A DNA stretch of 64,000 nucleotides from Tubulanus polymorphus. Lineage: Eukaryota; Animalia; Nemertea. The stretch is taken from positions 806,001-870,000 of the forward strand of contig NC_134032.1 of assembly GCF_964204645.1 (NCBI RefSeq), read 5' to 3'. Below the pieces are notes generated by a model. It did no database searches. It saw nothing but the letters and a program-made list of their open reading frames with translations, and was not told the origin of the DNA. Within the stretch, counting starts at the first letter, position 1, and every line of letters starts with the position of its first letter. Both the position numbers and the translations under genes were made by a program. Positions 26,141 to 48,873 of the stretch are shown here, piece after piece.

Positions 26141-26244
26141 TTTTCAGTTTCGGTGAGTTAGAGATGATCTTGTATAGGATTAGTTCAGGATTTGTTGAAG
26201 GATGTTTAAGAACTTTTCATTACTTCAAGGCTTTTGTTTTGGAT

Positions 26245-26586
26245 ACCAGTTGCGCAGTCAAGACTTAGGATTGTTAAGACAAGTTAAAGTTAATTTAAGT
26301 TAATAACCAATTTAACAACTTAAGACCAGTCTAAGCTCATTTAGGTTCTATATCCAATCTAACAACTTAAGACTGGTCTAAGTTAATTTTGATTTTATAG
26401 CCAATCTAACAACTTAAGACCATTCTAAGCTCATTTTGTTCTAAAGCCAATACAACTTAAGACCGGTCTAAGATCATTTTGATTCTAAAGCCAATCTAAC
26501 AATTTAAAAACCAGTCTTAAGAACTACCGAAAGTGATCTTACTAAGGTATGATCACTTTCGAAGTTATGACTCCGCAACTGAGCCA
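26245..26586. mobile_element. Harbinger-like MITE with internal 47-bp satellite expansion
   Basis: CCAGTTGCGCAGTC ... GACTCCGCAACTGAGCC bracket ~5 satellite units. Confidence 0.65.
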
Positions 26587-26960
26587 AGAATCAATTCAGT
26601 AATTCTGTGATCTCATGTTAGCCTTGGCGCGTTCACAATTTATCAATTTTTTTTTTTGTATATAAATTAGCTGTTTCTATATAGCTTTGTACATACAGCT
26701 CCTGTATCTATCCACTGCATTGACAAGATAAAATCTTGTTTGTCATTCACTGCACTATCATCGTATCAGATTCACCCTGACCGACCGTTCGACCTGATAA
26801 CATTAGCTGTATGTTTACATAAACAACTAATTTAAATTATTTATTCGAGTTTTGCGTATTCGACTACTAGGAATTCTGAATCTAATTTATCAAATTCTCT
26901 AATCGTTTATATATATGAATACATATCGAACTCGCTTTTTTGAAAAAGAAATGGAGATTT

Positions 26961-27180
26961 TAGGCTGAAAGAAATTGATTCCTTGCTTTTCCGCTCCGCT
27001 GAGCTTAAAAGTTGACCCGACCGGCCGCCTATCTAACCTGTACATTACCTGTTTTTAAAATCAGGTTTACAATAACAGACCCGGCAGTTATAGAAATGAA
27101 CTGATTACAAATTAGATTGCAGTTTACAAGATAACGCGGCTCATTAGGTGATAAACAAGGTATCATTTTATCTAAGCCTT
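26961..27180. mobile_element. MITE family with AGGCT...AGCCT termini (other copies ~28043-28233, 33696-33874, 53210-53423, 59330-59540)
   Basis: TAGGCTGAAAGAAATTGATTCCTTG ... CAAGGTATCATTTTATCTAAGCCT; shared core GACCCGGCAGTTATAGAAATGAACTGAT. Confidence 0.65.
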
Positions 27181-28235
27181 ATCCAGCATCAATGCAGTGT
27201 GCTAAGTAATCGGGTCCTGTGTTCCCCATAGGAATGAATGGATTTCCTAACATTTCGGTTCCGCGGCGGACCCCGCCAGATTCGGCTGATTCTTTCCCAG
27301 CCCGTAACGCTGATGGTATATATGAGTGGTCGTATCATATGTGCATCTAGCTTCAACACAACCGCATAGACAGTATCGTATCACATACCAGGCATGGAAC
27401 CTGGTTTCGACGCGAAGTTTCTATGGCCTGACCTATTCGTTCAATAATTTAGGATATCCCACCCACATCGATGGGATCTGCTTGCTCCAATGCTTCGTAG
27501 GCTATTAATTATCGAACTTACTTCCTCGCATGATTTCCTGTATAGTGATATATGTTAGATTAAATCATTTAGTTGTAAATCTCGGAAAAAATTCCTAAAT
27601 CTTGACAGGGATTTTTTTCTGAATTATAAGCGGCAATCCAAATATACCGATCTAACTTCGTTCAGATTCGCGGAAAAAATTCCCCAAATTTTTGTGTTAA
27701 TTGCTTTTCTTGTATCTCTAAGTAATTTCAATGACGACGGATTCAAACTTGATCTGGTGATTTTTTTTTAGCAAATTAAATTTGAGTCAAAATATTCGCA
27801 GACAAAAGGCAAATATATGGCCAATATTAAATGATACATATTTTCTCCTGACCGGCCGTGTCTGTTTTATGAACTCCATTTGTAAATTTGTAGATCAGTT
27901 CATTTCTGTAGCTGCCGGGTCTGTTATTGTTAGCTTGATCGCGATTTTTGAAAATTAATCTACAGGTTAGAGAGGCGGCCAGCCGGGTCAACTTTTACAA
28001 TTCCAATTCCTTAATGTAAAATAAAAAGTGGAGTACTTGTGTTAGGCTGAAAAATGATAAACTGATACCTTGTTTCTCCAAATCGGCCGGGTAATTGGAT
28101 AATCCGTTCATTTCTATAACTGTTAATGTCAGCTTGATTTTTTAAAAAGTAATGTACAGGGTAGATAGGCGACCGGCCGGGTCGGTTTTTAAGCTCAGCA
28201 GAAACGAGAAACAAGGTATCAAATTGTTTAGCCTG

Positions 28236-28343
28236 GACCCAGTTCCATAGTTGTGAGTTAGAGTTAACTCTGAGTTAAAATTAGTTCATTTTCAATGATT
28301 TAACTCCGAGTTAAATCTTAACTCGGAACTGTGGAACTGGGCC
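28236..28343. mobile_element. 108-bp Harbinger-like MITE with perfect CTG TSD
   Basis: CTG|GACCCAGTTCCATAGTT...AACTGTGGAACTGGGCC|CTG. Confidence 0.8.
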
Positions 28344-28650
28344 CTGGATATTATGTAAATAAAGATGTCTTTTATGAAAATGAAAATGTTTTCAAAGCAC
28401 GTTTTTAGATCATTTTCACACACGATAGGCCTGTCTATAGGGAACAGTGTCTCGTTAGGCTCGTGAAGCTATATACATAGTAAAATGATCTTTAGACCAG
28501 ACGGTTTTATGTGATGTTGGGCAGTAAGCAAAACTTTGAGATCTGATTATTTGTTTACGTGTGTTTATATTTAATTTTATAAATTACAGATACGCAAAGA
28601 CTTGAATCGACATCTGAAAAGGGTAACTCCGAAGGCGGATAAACTCGAAC

Positions 28651-37544
<8,894 letters not shown>

Positions 37545-38136
37545 ACTGACAGAACGCACTGACATCTTTAAACTCCAACAAAAATGCAAAAGAAGTTGCA
37601 TTTCGAGTATTCGGCTTAAAGAACATTTCTATGGCTATTTTGTCGATTCTGGCATTAGGTCTGAGAGCTGTTAAATGCAGAAATGACCTTTTCGCCTAGT
37701 TTTCAACAGTTATGTGGCCATATGCACTCACAGAGGGTCTAAAACTCTCAAATAGGTGGCCACGCTCTTCTAGAGAGGCGGGAGGGTGTCGCACAACTTT
37801 TGTTACTTTCAGAATTTAAAAAGAAGCCTCTGAAAGTTAAAAAAAACACCTATTGATTATCTATCAGATCGTGAAGTGCTTGAAAGTCTGAGTCGTCAAC
37901 GGGACCCGGCAATTCTACTGTGGCAAGTGAGGATCCACCAGGTGTCGCTAGTGTATAGTAAGGGTGTTTTGAAACGGCATAATTCCTCAAATTCTGAAAA
38001 TGACGAATGAAAATCACGCTACATTCGAACCATAAATCATCTTGAGTTCATCATTAGATCTTAATTGTTGATGACGTAAATTGAAAATGAACTGATTTTG
38101 ATAAAGTTCACATGTCAAAAATTGTATTAGGGCCTG

Positions 38137-38265
38137 GGCCCAGTTTCAGAAAAAAGTTTATCTCAAATGTTGGTGTAATTGCTATTGGTTACTTCATTTC
38201 TTTAATGAGGACAACAATTCAAACTTAACCGTTTTTAGGCTTTCACTTTTTCGTGAAACCGGGCC
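38137..38265. mobile_element. Harbinger-like MITE with perfect CTG TSD
   Basis: CTG|GGCCCAGTTTCA...TGAAACCGGGCC|CTG. Confidence 0.78.
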
Positions 38266-38501
38266 CTGATGTTGGGTGGCTCCGGCCAGTCTATCCACTG
38301 TGGTCTGCTCTAAAGTTCTACTCTATGCATTCTCTATGCAAACTATGCATTCGACCGTTTCCGATTTTGATGTCGAATCGGGACGTGATTTCTTACGGAA
38401 TTTCCACATATAGATGAGTTTGTTCTTTGATAGCAACTCGTATCACTTTTTTAAGGGCGGCCAACCGTCCGTACGTTTGCGATGACAATCATTGAGATCA
38501 T

Positions 38502-38900
38502 TGGTCCAGTTGCACAGTCGTGGCTGAAGTCTGTAATCAAATCATAAAGACTGGTCTTAACTTTTTAGGTTGGCTATACTGTAGATTCAACATTTTAAAG
38601 TTAAATTTCAGATTGGTTATAGAACCAAAATGAACTTAGACTGGTTTTAAGATGTTAGATTGGTTACAGAACCAAAATGAACTTAGACTGGTCTTAAGTT
38701 GTAAGATTGGCTATAGAACCAAAATGAGTTTAGACTGGTCTAAAGTTGTTAGATTGGCTATAGATCCAAATTGAGCTAAGACTGGTCTTGATTTGTTATA
38801 GGACCAAAAATATTTTGAACTGATCTTTAAGTTATTAGATTGGTCATAGAACCACAATGAACTTGACGACTGGTCATGGCGCCTTGACTGTGCTGCTGGC
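38502..38900. mobile_element. Harbinger-like MITE with internal 47-bp satellite (reverse orientation)
   Basis: GGTCCAGTTGCACAGTC ... GACTGTGCTGCTGGCC bracket ~6 satellite units. Confidence 0.65.
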
Positions 38901-40999
38901 CTTATTGATGGTATAATAATAATCATTAGTATCTGAGGCAATCAACTGCTGTTAGTTTTGTATATAAATAAAATACACGTAGCATTTTTGAATGTACATT
39001 TTTTGCAGCATTATATTTCTATATAATACATCTCTATGCACTATTTCTATTTATATACCGTTATATTATTATGTACATGTACATCTTACGATGAAACCCG
39101 CGTCTACAAAAAGATATTCTCACTCCGCAATTGCGTCTACAAGCTGCACCCGGCGCAGAGTTGCTAACGAGCCTTGAATAACTGCTGATCATGTTCTTGG
39201 TGTAGAATTTTAGAACAGAGCTTACTTACGAAAAAAATTGTATCGAATTCAACAAAAAATGTTTACTTTTTGACACAAGGGGTTTTTTCATTTTTATCTG
39301 AGGTGCATTCGACTGAAACCAGTCTCTTTCGATTGGGTTAATGTTAGCCGGTAATAAGCTTGAAACGTGCCTTACTTATGAGATGACATGTCTCACCTTG
39401 GAATCAAAAAGTGCGTACTTTTCAGAAGAACAATTCCTAACCGTTGCAAGCTTGCAACTCTGCCTGGGTCGGTTAAAATCCTTAAGTGTTCGTACGGATT
39501 AAGCCACGGGACTATAGCTTATTATTGGATGTAGACGTGTTGGCCTGGGTGAATTCACTGCGGTTGATGAAAATATGTGGGTTTATTCAGCATACGGACG
39601 CTGTATACTGCTGTAGGGTTCAGGTTTGGCGAAATGGGTAGCAAAATACCGTTAAATCAAAAAGGCGAATGAATCATGATGATTCAAGGAAGAATCTGTA
39701 TCCTTAGAAAGAGCAAGGGGCCTACAGACCTTAACATACAGGGTCCCTACGAGTCCTTGATTCATTAAAAACTACTTCAAAATGGAAAAATGCTTTTAAA
39801 CGTGCTTGAAGCTCATTTAGTAATATAAAAAAAAAATGCCTTTTAACTCCTTGGGATATGAAAGTGATGCAGACGCTTCCTCGAAATACGAAATCGTCTC
39901 CTTCGAAACTCCTTAAATTCAGAGGAACAACCGATCTGTAGGGACCCTGACGGATAGAGAAATGACTAGTTAGAAATCTAGTTAATATGCACACATTTAG
40001 TCAAACTGTTAAACTGTGTCCATATTGACTAGATTTCACACTAGTCATTTCTTAATCAGGTCTAGTAGGCGTCTCTCTTTCTGAGGGTATGCATGATGAG
40101 TGGATAAGCTAACGCCTGAAAACGGCATTTATTTAGCTGCGCCTTTAAAAGTTCAAGGTCGACACGAAATATGCTTCCCCCGACAACCCTACCCTCAAAA
40201 TACCACGTGTGATACAGCATAATCGTGAGATGTAATTTTAACGATAATAAAGAATCCGTGAAAAAGAAATCATCGTTGCTTCATTTCTTTTGATTGATCT
40301 CGATTTTCTGCTATTTTTGGTTCTTAGAATAAGGTCTGACTATTTTTATTTATTTGATCGGTAGATTTCGTTCGATTCGGCGTCCCCTACAAACCCGCCA
40401 CGCCTGCGACCGGACCGAAAACAGGGGGTTTGATTTTGAAATCGGAAATCGAAATACAGATATATAGTTGTGTGATCATCGGTCGAATTTAAAGCATTTT
40501 TTTTTCTTTGCCATTCCTATGTACCTACATAATTGGAAGACGGTTCCAGTTCGTGGAAACTATCTTCCAGTCAGCCTGAACTGGTAATCGACTGACTGGG
40601 GTCAATTTTTGTCGGTTGCCTAATTCAATACATCGAAATTAGAAAACAGATTTAATTAGGAAGTAAATTTAGAATATTGATTTATTTTTTCTGGGATTCG
40701 AACCCGATGCGACGTTCAGCGATCGGCTGCTGATGTATATCGATGCGGGCGAGACGTTGTCTGGCGTCGCGACGGCGCGAATCGGATAGTTTAACGTCGA
40801 CGAACGTTCCTTCGTAAGAATGCCTGGCATATCTTCTCTCTAACCCCGCGTGTAGACAATAGCGAGTTGGGAACAACAGTAAATCAGTTTCTTTAATTAA
40901 CTGCGGTCGAGAAGGATGGGTGGTCGTTTGATATCCACATGAAACTCATTGTCGAATTAGTCATCGTTATATTCACGAATAACCAACTGACTACATTTG

Positions 41000-41372
41000 G
41001 AACCGCGTTACAACGAACTTCACGACGGAGCCAGATAATCTGTTCGTTATAACCGATAGTTCTATATACAGCGGAACCTCGTTACAACGAACTGCATGAG
41101 ACCAGAAAATCTGTTCGTTATAACCGATAGTTCTATATACAGTGGAACCTCGTTACAACGAACTGCATGAGACCAGAAAATCTGTTCGTTATAACTGATA
41201 GTTCTATATACAGCGGAACCTCGTTACAACGAACTTCAGGAGACCAGAAAATCTATTCGTTATAACCGATAGTTCGTTATAGCCGGTATGGAATCAATTC
41301 AACATTTTCTTTTTATATTTGTTATATGCGATGAATCGTTGTATCTGAGTTCGTTATAACGAGGTTCCACTT
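41000..41372. mobile_element. pogo/Tigger-like MITE (41211-41372) preceded by 71-bp tandem duplications of its left end
   Basis: TA|CAG(C/T)GGAACCTCGTTACAACGAAC at 41069, 41140 and 41211; right TIR GTTCGTTATAACGAGGTTCCACT. Confidence 0.75.
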
Positions 41373-41459
41373 TATGTGTAAAATAAACCTAGCTTAAATC
41401 GGTGAGATGATCATTATTTTGACGACTTACACTTAACACAGTCAAACTGGCTGAAGGCG

Positions 41460-41855
41460 TGACGATCATATTGATGATCACTTATCCAAATTACGACTTT
41501 CGCTGAGTAAATTGAATTAGAAATAAAAATTGAGATTCAAAGATAGGGAGGACTTTAGCATTGTGACGACTTATCCAAATGGCTACTTAGACTTAGTGAC
41601 GTGAATCGGCAATACAAATTGAGACTCAAAAATAGAGATGACTTCAGCATTGTGACGACTTATCCAAATGACGATTTAGACTTAGTATATTGAATTAGAA
41701 AAACAAATTTGGACTCAAAAATAGAGATGACTTCAGTAATGTGACGACTTATCCAAAATGACGACTTACGCTTAATTGATTGAATTAGAAATACAAATTG
41801 GGACTGAAAATAAAGCTGACTTCAGAAATCTTTAACTTTTCCAAATTACGGCTTA
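41460..41855. repeat. Degenerate ~89-bp tandem repeat, ~4.5 copies
   Basis: GACGACTTATCCAAA recurs at ~89-bp spacing. Confidence 0.8.
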
Positions 41856-42284
41856 ACACTGTCGGGATAAATTATCGGTTCGTAAATTCGTTTTTAGAGT
41901 TTTATGTCTCGCAGATATACATTTCGCATAGGACAGTCTTGTATTGGTATCAATTTAAATATCAATGGTCTGTTAGTGGATGGTAAGTCTGAGTAGTACA
42001 AAGTGGACCGCCTCTAGTCACATAGTGACCATTCAAACCGTATTGTCACCGTGATATATTTCCGATGGTCAACTTGAACCAACCTTTCAAAACAGCAACC
42101 AGGCCCTGGAATTTTCGCTGCATTCAGAAAAAAATTTAAAGAAAATGGAATTTTTCAAACGATGAAACTACAGTGACAGCATATATAAATTTCATTCGAA
42201 AAAAACTGCTCGAAAAGTGTAGAACTTTTTGCTCTCTCCCTCTCTGATAAACAGTGTTACCCTCTAGAAATAATTGCATATACC

Positions 42285-43017
42285 AAGGGGCAGGGTACCA
42301 TATTCTACTCAGACTTAAGACCAGTTTAAGCTCATTTTTGTTCGATAACCAATCCAAAAATTCAAGACCAGCCTAAACTATCAACTTAAGACCAGTCTAA
42401 GCTCATTTTGGTTCTATAGCCAGTCTAACAACTTAAGACCAGTCTAAACTCATTTTGGTTCTATAGCCAATCTAACAACTTAAGACCAGTCTAAACTCAT
42501 TTTAGTTCTATAGCCAATCTAACAACTTAAGACCAGTCTAAACTCATTTTGGTTCTATAACCAATCTAACAACTTAAGACCAGTCTAAACTCATTTTAGT
42601 TCTATAACCAATCTAACAACTTAAGACCAGTCTAAACTCATTTTGGTTCTATAGCCAATCTAACAACTTAAGACCAGTCTAAACTCATTTTGGTTCTATA
42701 ACCAATCTAACAACTTAAGACCAGTCTAAACTCATTTTAGTTCTATAGCCAATCTAACAACTTAAGACCAGTCTAAACTCATTTTGGTTCTATAACCAAT
42801 CTAACAACTTAAGACCAGTCTAAACTCATTTTAGTTCTATAGCCAATCTAACAACTTAAGACCAGTCTAAGCTCATTTTGGTTCTATAACCAATCTAACA
42901 ACTTAAGACCAGTCTAAACTCATTGTAGTTATATAACCAATCTAACATTTTAAGACCAGTCTAAAGATTTTCAAGACCACTCTTTGACCCAAGTCTCGAC
43001 TAGTGAATCAGCCCCTG
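42285..43017. repeat. 47-bp satellite array (~13 homogeneous copies) with a MITE-like right end
   Basis: Unit AACTTAAGACCAGTCTAAACTCATTTTGGTTCTATAGCCAATCTAAC; ends AAGTCTCGACTAGTGAATCAGCCCCTG. Confidence 0.93.
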
Positions 43018-44364
43018 AAAGTGTCATATTTTCGACATACATAGAATAGATCATCCAATACTTCACTCATAATGTACTCGACTATTTGTGTTAATACTTA
43101 TCCGACAGTGGCAAATATAGTAACAATAATACACAATTTCTTATCAGTAAACTTTAACTGATAACGGCTCTAGGTTTTAGGCTTTATTTTGCCGTGACAA
43201 TAGTTGCTATACGGACGTGTTGTGTCGTATTTAGCAGTTTGACCGAAGTCCATTTCGCGACAGTTCCGCATATATAAGCTGTTTTTGTGACTAAAAACGA
43301 CTTGAAAAACAACTTGAAAGTTTATTGATGCGTTGAAAAATGAAATGCTTAGCAAAGTGACCGCGGTTCGTGATAGAATTCTTGTGAAACCGCCATTGAT
43401 AAATTTCAATATATCGAAAAGACTATCAAAAGTTATTGAATTGAAAATCATGCGATAAAAGGTCAAAATTCACACGGTTATTTTGAGACGCAGATATGGA
43501 TGACATAGTAAATGTCGACTTACACATCCTAATTGCAATAAATATTCAATCAATTTAGGCACCCAACCAAATTAACAGACTTTTGGAAGATCGTTTATAT
43601 GAGAACCCGAACCGAAATTGTCAATTATGGATACTACCATTTAGAAATTATGTAAATTCGACCGCCGATTATTCAACTATATCTGTACTCCGATTTCCGA
43701 TATCAAAATCAAACCCCCCTGTTTCGCTCCTGGTACAGGTGTGGTGGGTTTGTAAGAGACACCAAATAAAAAAAAAAATCAAACGAAATCTTCCAATCAA
43801 CGGGGTCAATCCCTATTTCAAGATCAAGATTCAATGATAAAATAAGATTCCTTAGAAAGAAAATAAGAGCCATGATATTTATTCAGATACAGAATTTTAG
43901 CCAAAATCCCCTCAATTGTAATCGTTATTTTGAAACGCCCCGATATTGATGACGTAGTGCACATCCAGGAAAGCATACATAATCATTTTTGCTACGGTTT
44001 TTTACGACGATCACGTTTTTGAAATTATTTAGAAATTCTTTCAGGAATTGTGTGGCTGTGGGCCGCGTTAATAACAGGACCTAAATGCTGAACAGGTGTT
44101 TATTCAGCGCTTTAAGGTGTAACACTAATTCCCAATCGGGATCGACACCCCGTTATCAGTGTGAAGGTAATTTACCTAATTAGGACCGATTACACACTAA
44201 TTGATGGGTGTAGCGTTTATTTCGTAAACAACGGTCGGTTTTGGTTTCGCTCAGTAACGCTTTGATTTTAGTGGAATTCAATTGAATGAATAGTGTTAAA
44301 AATTTCAAAATACAAAAAAGAAAAGTCAGAAAATTCAGAAAATTGGTTCATTGAGCTAGTCCTA

Positions 44365-45020
44365 ATATCGCTATATCCTAATAGTCATTCATCATCAGGA
44401 ATACTGATGTTGTCCTCATTATAACCATTGATGAAACACTCTGAGTCCGTGTTGTAAAGATAATATAAAATCCCTGCACACTAAGAATAAAAAGAGTCTG
44501 AAATGTTTCCTTGAGCTAGTGTAGTTTATTCAACGTTTCCACTATATCCTAATAGTTATCTTCAGGAATACTGATGTTGTCCTCATTATAACCATTGATG
44601 AAACACTCTGAGTCCGTGTTGTAAAGATAATATAAAATCCCTGCACACTAAGAATAAAAAGAGTCTGAAATGTTTCCTTGAGCTAGTGTAGTTTATTCAA
44701 CGTTTCGACTATATCCTAATAGTCATCTTCAGGAATACTGATGTTGTCCTCATTATAACCATTGATGAAACACTCTGAGTCCGTGTTGTAAAGATAATAT
44801 AAAATCCCTGCACACTAAGAATAAAAAGAGTCTGAAATGTTTCCTTGAGCTAGTGTAGTTTATTCAACGTTTCGACTATATCCTAATAGTCATCTTCAGG
44901 AATACTGTATTCCTTGAGCTAGTGTAGTTTATTCAACGTTTCGACTATATCCTAATAGTCATCTTCAGGAATACTGTATTCCTTGAGCTAGTGTAGTTTA
45001 TTCAACGTTTCCACTATATC
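44365..45020 (-). repeat. 167-bp / 69-bp hammerhead-bearing tandem array
   Basis: Same unit as the 36.2-kb array. Intact motifs (ATAGTC-GAAACGTT) on the minus strand at 44694-44737, 44861-44904 and 44930-44973; the last units are shortened to 69 bp. Confidence 0.85.
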
Positions 45021-46849
45021 CGAGATGATAGGATAAAGTAGAGCTAAATTTACTACTACTAGCTCACAGGATACAACGCATTTTCCCTTTTTTACAATTG
45101 TTGGATTTTTATCATCTTAACAACACGGACTCAGAGTGTTTCATTTGAAATCATTTCCAATTGAACTATTTTGAAATCATTATTTCACATACATCAGCTG
45201 CGCATCCCCTCATATTCACTATAGGCCGGGTGTGATTTTGTTTTTCTAAATTCGAAACGTACGAACGATATCATTAGTCGATTGAAATATTGTGGAAAAT
45301 GAAATTAGAGCGCATTTATTTACGACCATGATTACGTCGAGTCGCGTCTATAACGCAATAACAAAGATTATGATTTTAGGTTAATGGTAGAGAATAGCCG
45401 CTCTCAAATGTGAAGAACAGACAAATCACTTGACGATGACGACGCGAGTTCGCGAAACGTCGTCTATTTTGATTTCAATTCTTGAAAAGTAAAATTCGAA
45501 TTTTCAAATTCTGTATATATGATGGGTTTTACGCTTAATTCTAGGATAGTTGCGAATGAAGAAGCCATGTTTACCCGGGGATCAAACGGTAAACACAAAA
45601 GACAAATAATCTTTTGTAATTAAATTGTGGGGATTCTTATTTATTTATCTATTTTTTAATCTCATGAAAATATAATAAACAAAAACAAGGATAGGATTGG
45701 AGGATGAGATTGAGAATGCCAGGGACCAGATATTCTAAATTCATCGCATATCAATACGCATTTTTTCCTGCGGTTTTTATTTTTTGCGGATTCAGAAATG
45801 TTGAATAATAATAATCAGAATAATCGAACTGCCTTTTTTCTGACGGTGTGGGAATTAAGGCACCCCCTCCCCCCCCCCAAAAAACGGTTGGACAATGAAC
45901 GTGTTTACCGATTGCAAACCGGAATGTACGACTACTATTTTGAAAGTATAGTTAGGTTCTAATCTTTCAAAGAACTCAATTGCATTCCTGAAGATTACTA
46001 TTAGAATCTAGCGGAAACGTTGAATTAAATAATTAGTTAAAAAAGAAACCTTTCGGGTCTCCGCAACGAATTCAGCCCAAAACGAACAGCTCTTGAATAG
46101 ATTTACAGATGTGTATATATATTTTCGAGTAACATTTCGGGCTAAAGTTCACTTGGAAAAATATATGTACTTTGTTGCTATTGGCCGTTATCAGGCGTGT
46201 AAGCCAGACGATGGCTGAGAGTCATAAGGCATAACGTCACTCAAAATTACATATTTTTTACTTCTATTCGACAATTCTCTTTTTTCGTTGAGAATTTATT
46301 GTAGAATTTCTCTTGTATTTTCTGACTTTTTTTAATTATTATTGCGGAATTCTATATGCGCTGATATATAAGCTCATCAAATACTGCAAGAATAGCAAAA
46401 TACCTGCAAAATTAGAATAATTTCTAGTTCATTTCCAATCAAGCACCTTTTTCCCTTTTCCCCTATTTTTCTTATTTTGCTTTTTTTAAGAACTGAACTA
46501 CCAACAATATTAAAATACTCTATAATTTTAGTTCATTTTCAATTAAACACTTTTTTTCCTTTTTCCCCTATTTTTCTATAGGGCCTGACTATATATACGA
46601 CCACTATATATGCAAAGTTTCCGCTCTTTTTTAAGAGCTTAACTACGGCTCAACCAAAAATATCAAAATACTCTTTAATTAAATCGGAATAATTTCTAGT
46701 TCATTCTCAATTAAACTACGCTTTTTGTCAATTTACTTTCATTTTCTATGAAAACGGGCTGATATTAGCGTGATCCGCAATTGTGGCGTTTTTAACTTCA
46801 GTCCAAACTACGATTCAATAATAACAATATTAATACCTCGACTATGACA

Positions 46850-47340
46850 ACACCGGCGCACGCGGGTAGTAATTATTCCGTGACGTCATCCCGCGAAACG
46901 ATCCTATTGGTGGAAACCGGAGTAGGAAGTCGCCGGTATGAGTAGACATGCGCGTTTAAACCGTCGGTTCATTTTAACTGGATTCGCTGCGCTCTGACCG
47001 TTCCATCAGAAAGCCTTCACACGCATCTGTATACATTAAATTCGGATCATCTTAGCTATACGCGAACGAGAGAGAGAGATAGATTTTTATCAAAAGCTGA
47101 TAAGAAGGTAAGCTTTAGTGCCGTATCGGATCTTTTCCGAGTTTTATCTCGTGCGGTATCCGCCGAGAACTTATCCGCGCGAGGCCGCCGCTTATCAGGC
47201 GCGAGATCGTGTTTGACCCACAGTCGGGCCGGCACTTGTGATACGGATGATGTTGAATTGACTTTTCTCGACTTCTTATCATATCTAGATTTATCAAAGC
47301 CACTGGATAAACCGAAGATAAAATCTATATCATTATAAAC
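46850..47340 (+). promoter_or_regulatory. Putative promoter / non-coding first exon of the second GATA-like gene, with dense GATA sites
   Basis: CpG-rich; TGACGTCA at 46881, ATTGG at ~46906, GGAAGT at ~46925; donor AAG|GTAAGC after 47107; 8 WGATAR sites in 47077-47321. Confidence 0.45.
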
Positions 47341-48599
47341 AGTTTCTTTCCATACTCAAAGCACTACTATATCGCGCTGGAATGTGGTCAGGAAAATCTG
47401 CACAATTTCGAATAGTTTATTTCGGTTTTTTTTAATACTCGCCTTAGTTCGACTATCAGACTAAGATATGATGATAAAATTAGTCACGAAAGCAAAATAG
47501 ATTCCTCTCGGTCTATACGATATTGTATGTAGGCATATATATATATAGATATATAAAGCGAAACTGCTTTCGGAGGCAAATAAATTTTACAGTTTGGTGG
47601 CCTACATTGTTAATTGCTTGTAAACGACTGCAATTCCATCTGCAAGATGAATGATGATATATATATAGCAATGCTAGAGACATAAGACATTGATACAGTG
47701 CGTGGGTTTCGTAGTGAAAAAAAAAGTTTTTCCGAGCTGAATTCTCTGTAAACGAATTGCGCTACGAAACTTTGGAAAGCGAATAATTCTAATTTTGCGA
47801 GTATTTTCGAATTTGGGACAATAAAAAATACAGGGAATTTCTAGGATAAAGCTGCGAATTGAAAATGCGATTTCCGAGCGAGATGATTAGTTTCGGATAC
47901 GAAGATTTTACGGATTTTACGGGTAAAGCCTCTATGAGACAGGCGGGGTCCGGATCCCCGAAATGCTCCTTGTATCCGCCTGAGCCAGTGGACCAATTCC
48001 GTAGCTTTCATATAGTTTTCGCGATCCAAATCATACATTGTCACTCAAATAATGAATAATAAGTTTTCAGATGAAATTTGTATTAGTCTTGAAAGCAGAG
48101 ATATTGGCTTGATTTTAAAAGAAGGAAAGATAGGTTAGTCTCGATTGTTCCCTAATAATAAATATCGCGTTAAAAAAATCTAATTCGTTCAGTTCTCTAA
48201 TAAGTAAACTCGTTAGGACCCGCTTATTCAATCAAAACCACTACCTAATTAGTTAAGACTAATTGATACACTAATTGATAGGATTGATACGCCGTGGTCA
48301 GCGCGTGGTTCGATCACTAAACCACTGTGTTTAATTGCTTCTTAGGGCAATCTATATTTTCATTGAAATAATATTCATCCGTGTATATGTGTGATCCAAT
48401 AAATCTTTTTAGATGTTAGAAATATAACATTTAGTTGAAAATCCAACTCAAATATTACTTTAAATCATCATTAGTTTAGTATAGTTTATCATGGTGTCGC
48501 TTTCGCATTATTTGAAAGGCTTGTGAGCTACAAGTAATGCAAATATATCATCTGCATATCAATATGAACCGATCATTGGGATTGAAATAAAAATGATAA

Positions 48600-48832
48600 A
48601 TGTTGAATAAGCTACACTAGCTCAAGGAATACAGTATTCCTGAAGATGACTATTAGGATATAGTCGAAATGTCAAATAAACTACACTAGCTCAAGGAATA
48701 CAGTATTCCTGAAGATGTCTATTAGGATAAAGTCGAAACGTTGAATAAACTACACTAGCTCAAGGAAACATTTCAGACTCTTTTTATTCTTAAAGTGCAG
48801 GGATTTGGCTCAGAGTGTTTCATCAATGGTTT
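48600..48832 (+). repeat. Hammerhead-bearing repeat cluster (two 69-bp units plus a partial 167-bp unit), degenerate
   Basis: TATTCCTGAAGATG...GTCGAAA at 48635-48678 and 48704-48747. Confidence 0.75.
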
Positions 48833-48873
48833 GAACCTCGACTTTAAGGAACAATATTAATGAATGGCTCTAT

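Noticed and set aside
45428-45466. Another hammerhead-like stretch (TGACGA-C-GCGAGTTCGC-GAAACGTC)
   Set aside because: Lacks the conserved C of CUGANGA, has a weak stem I and is single copy
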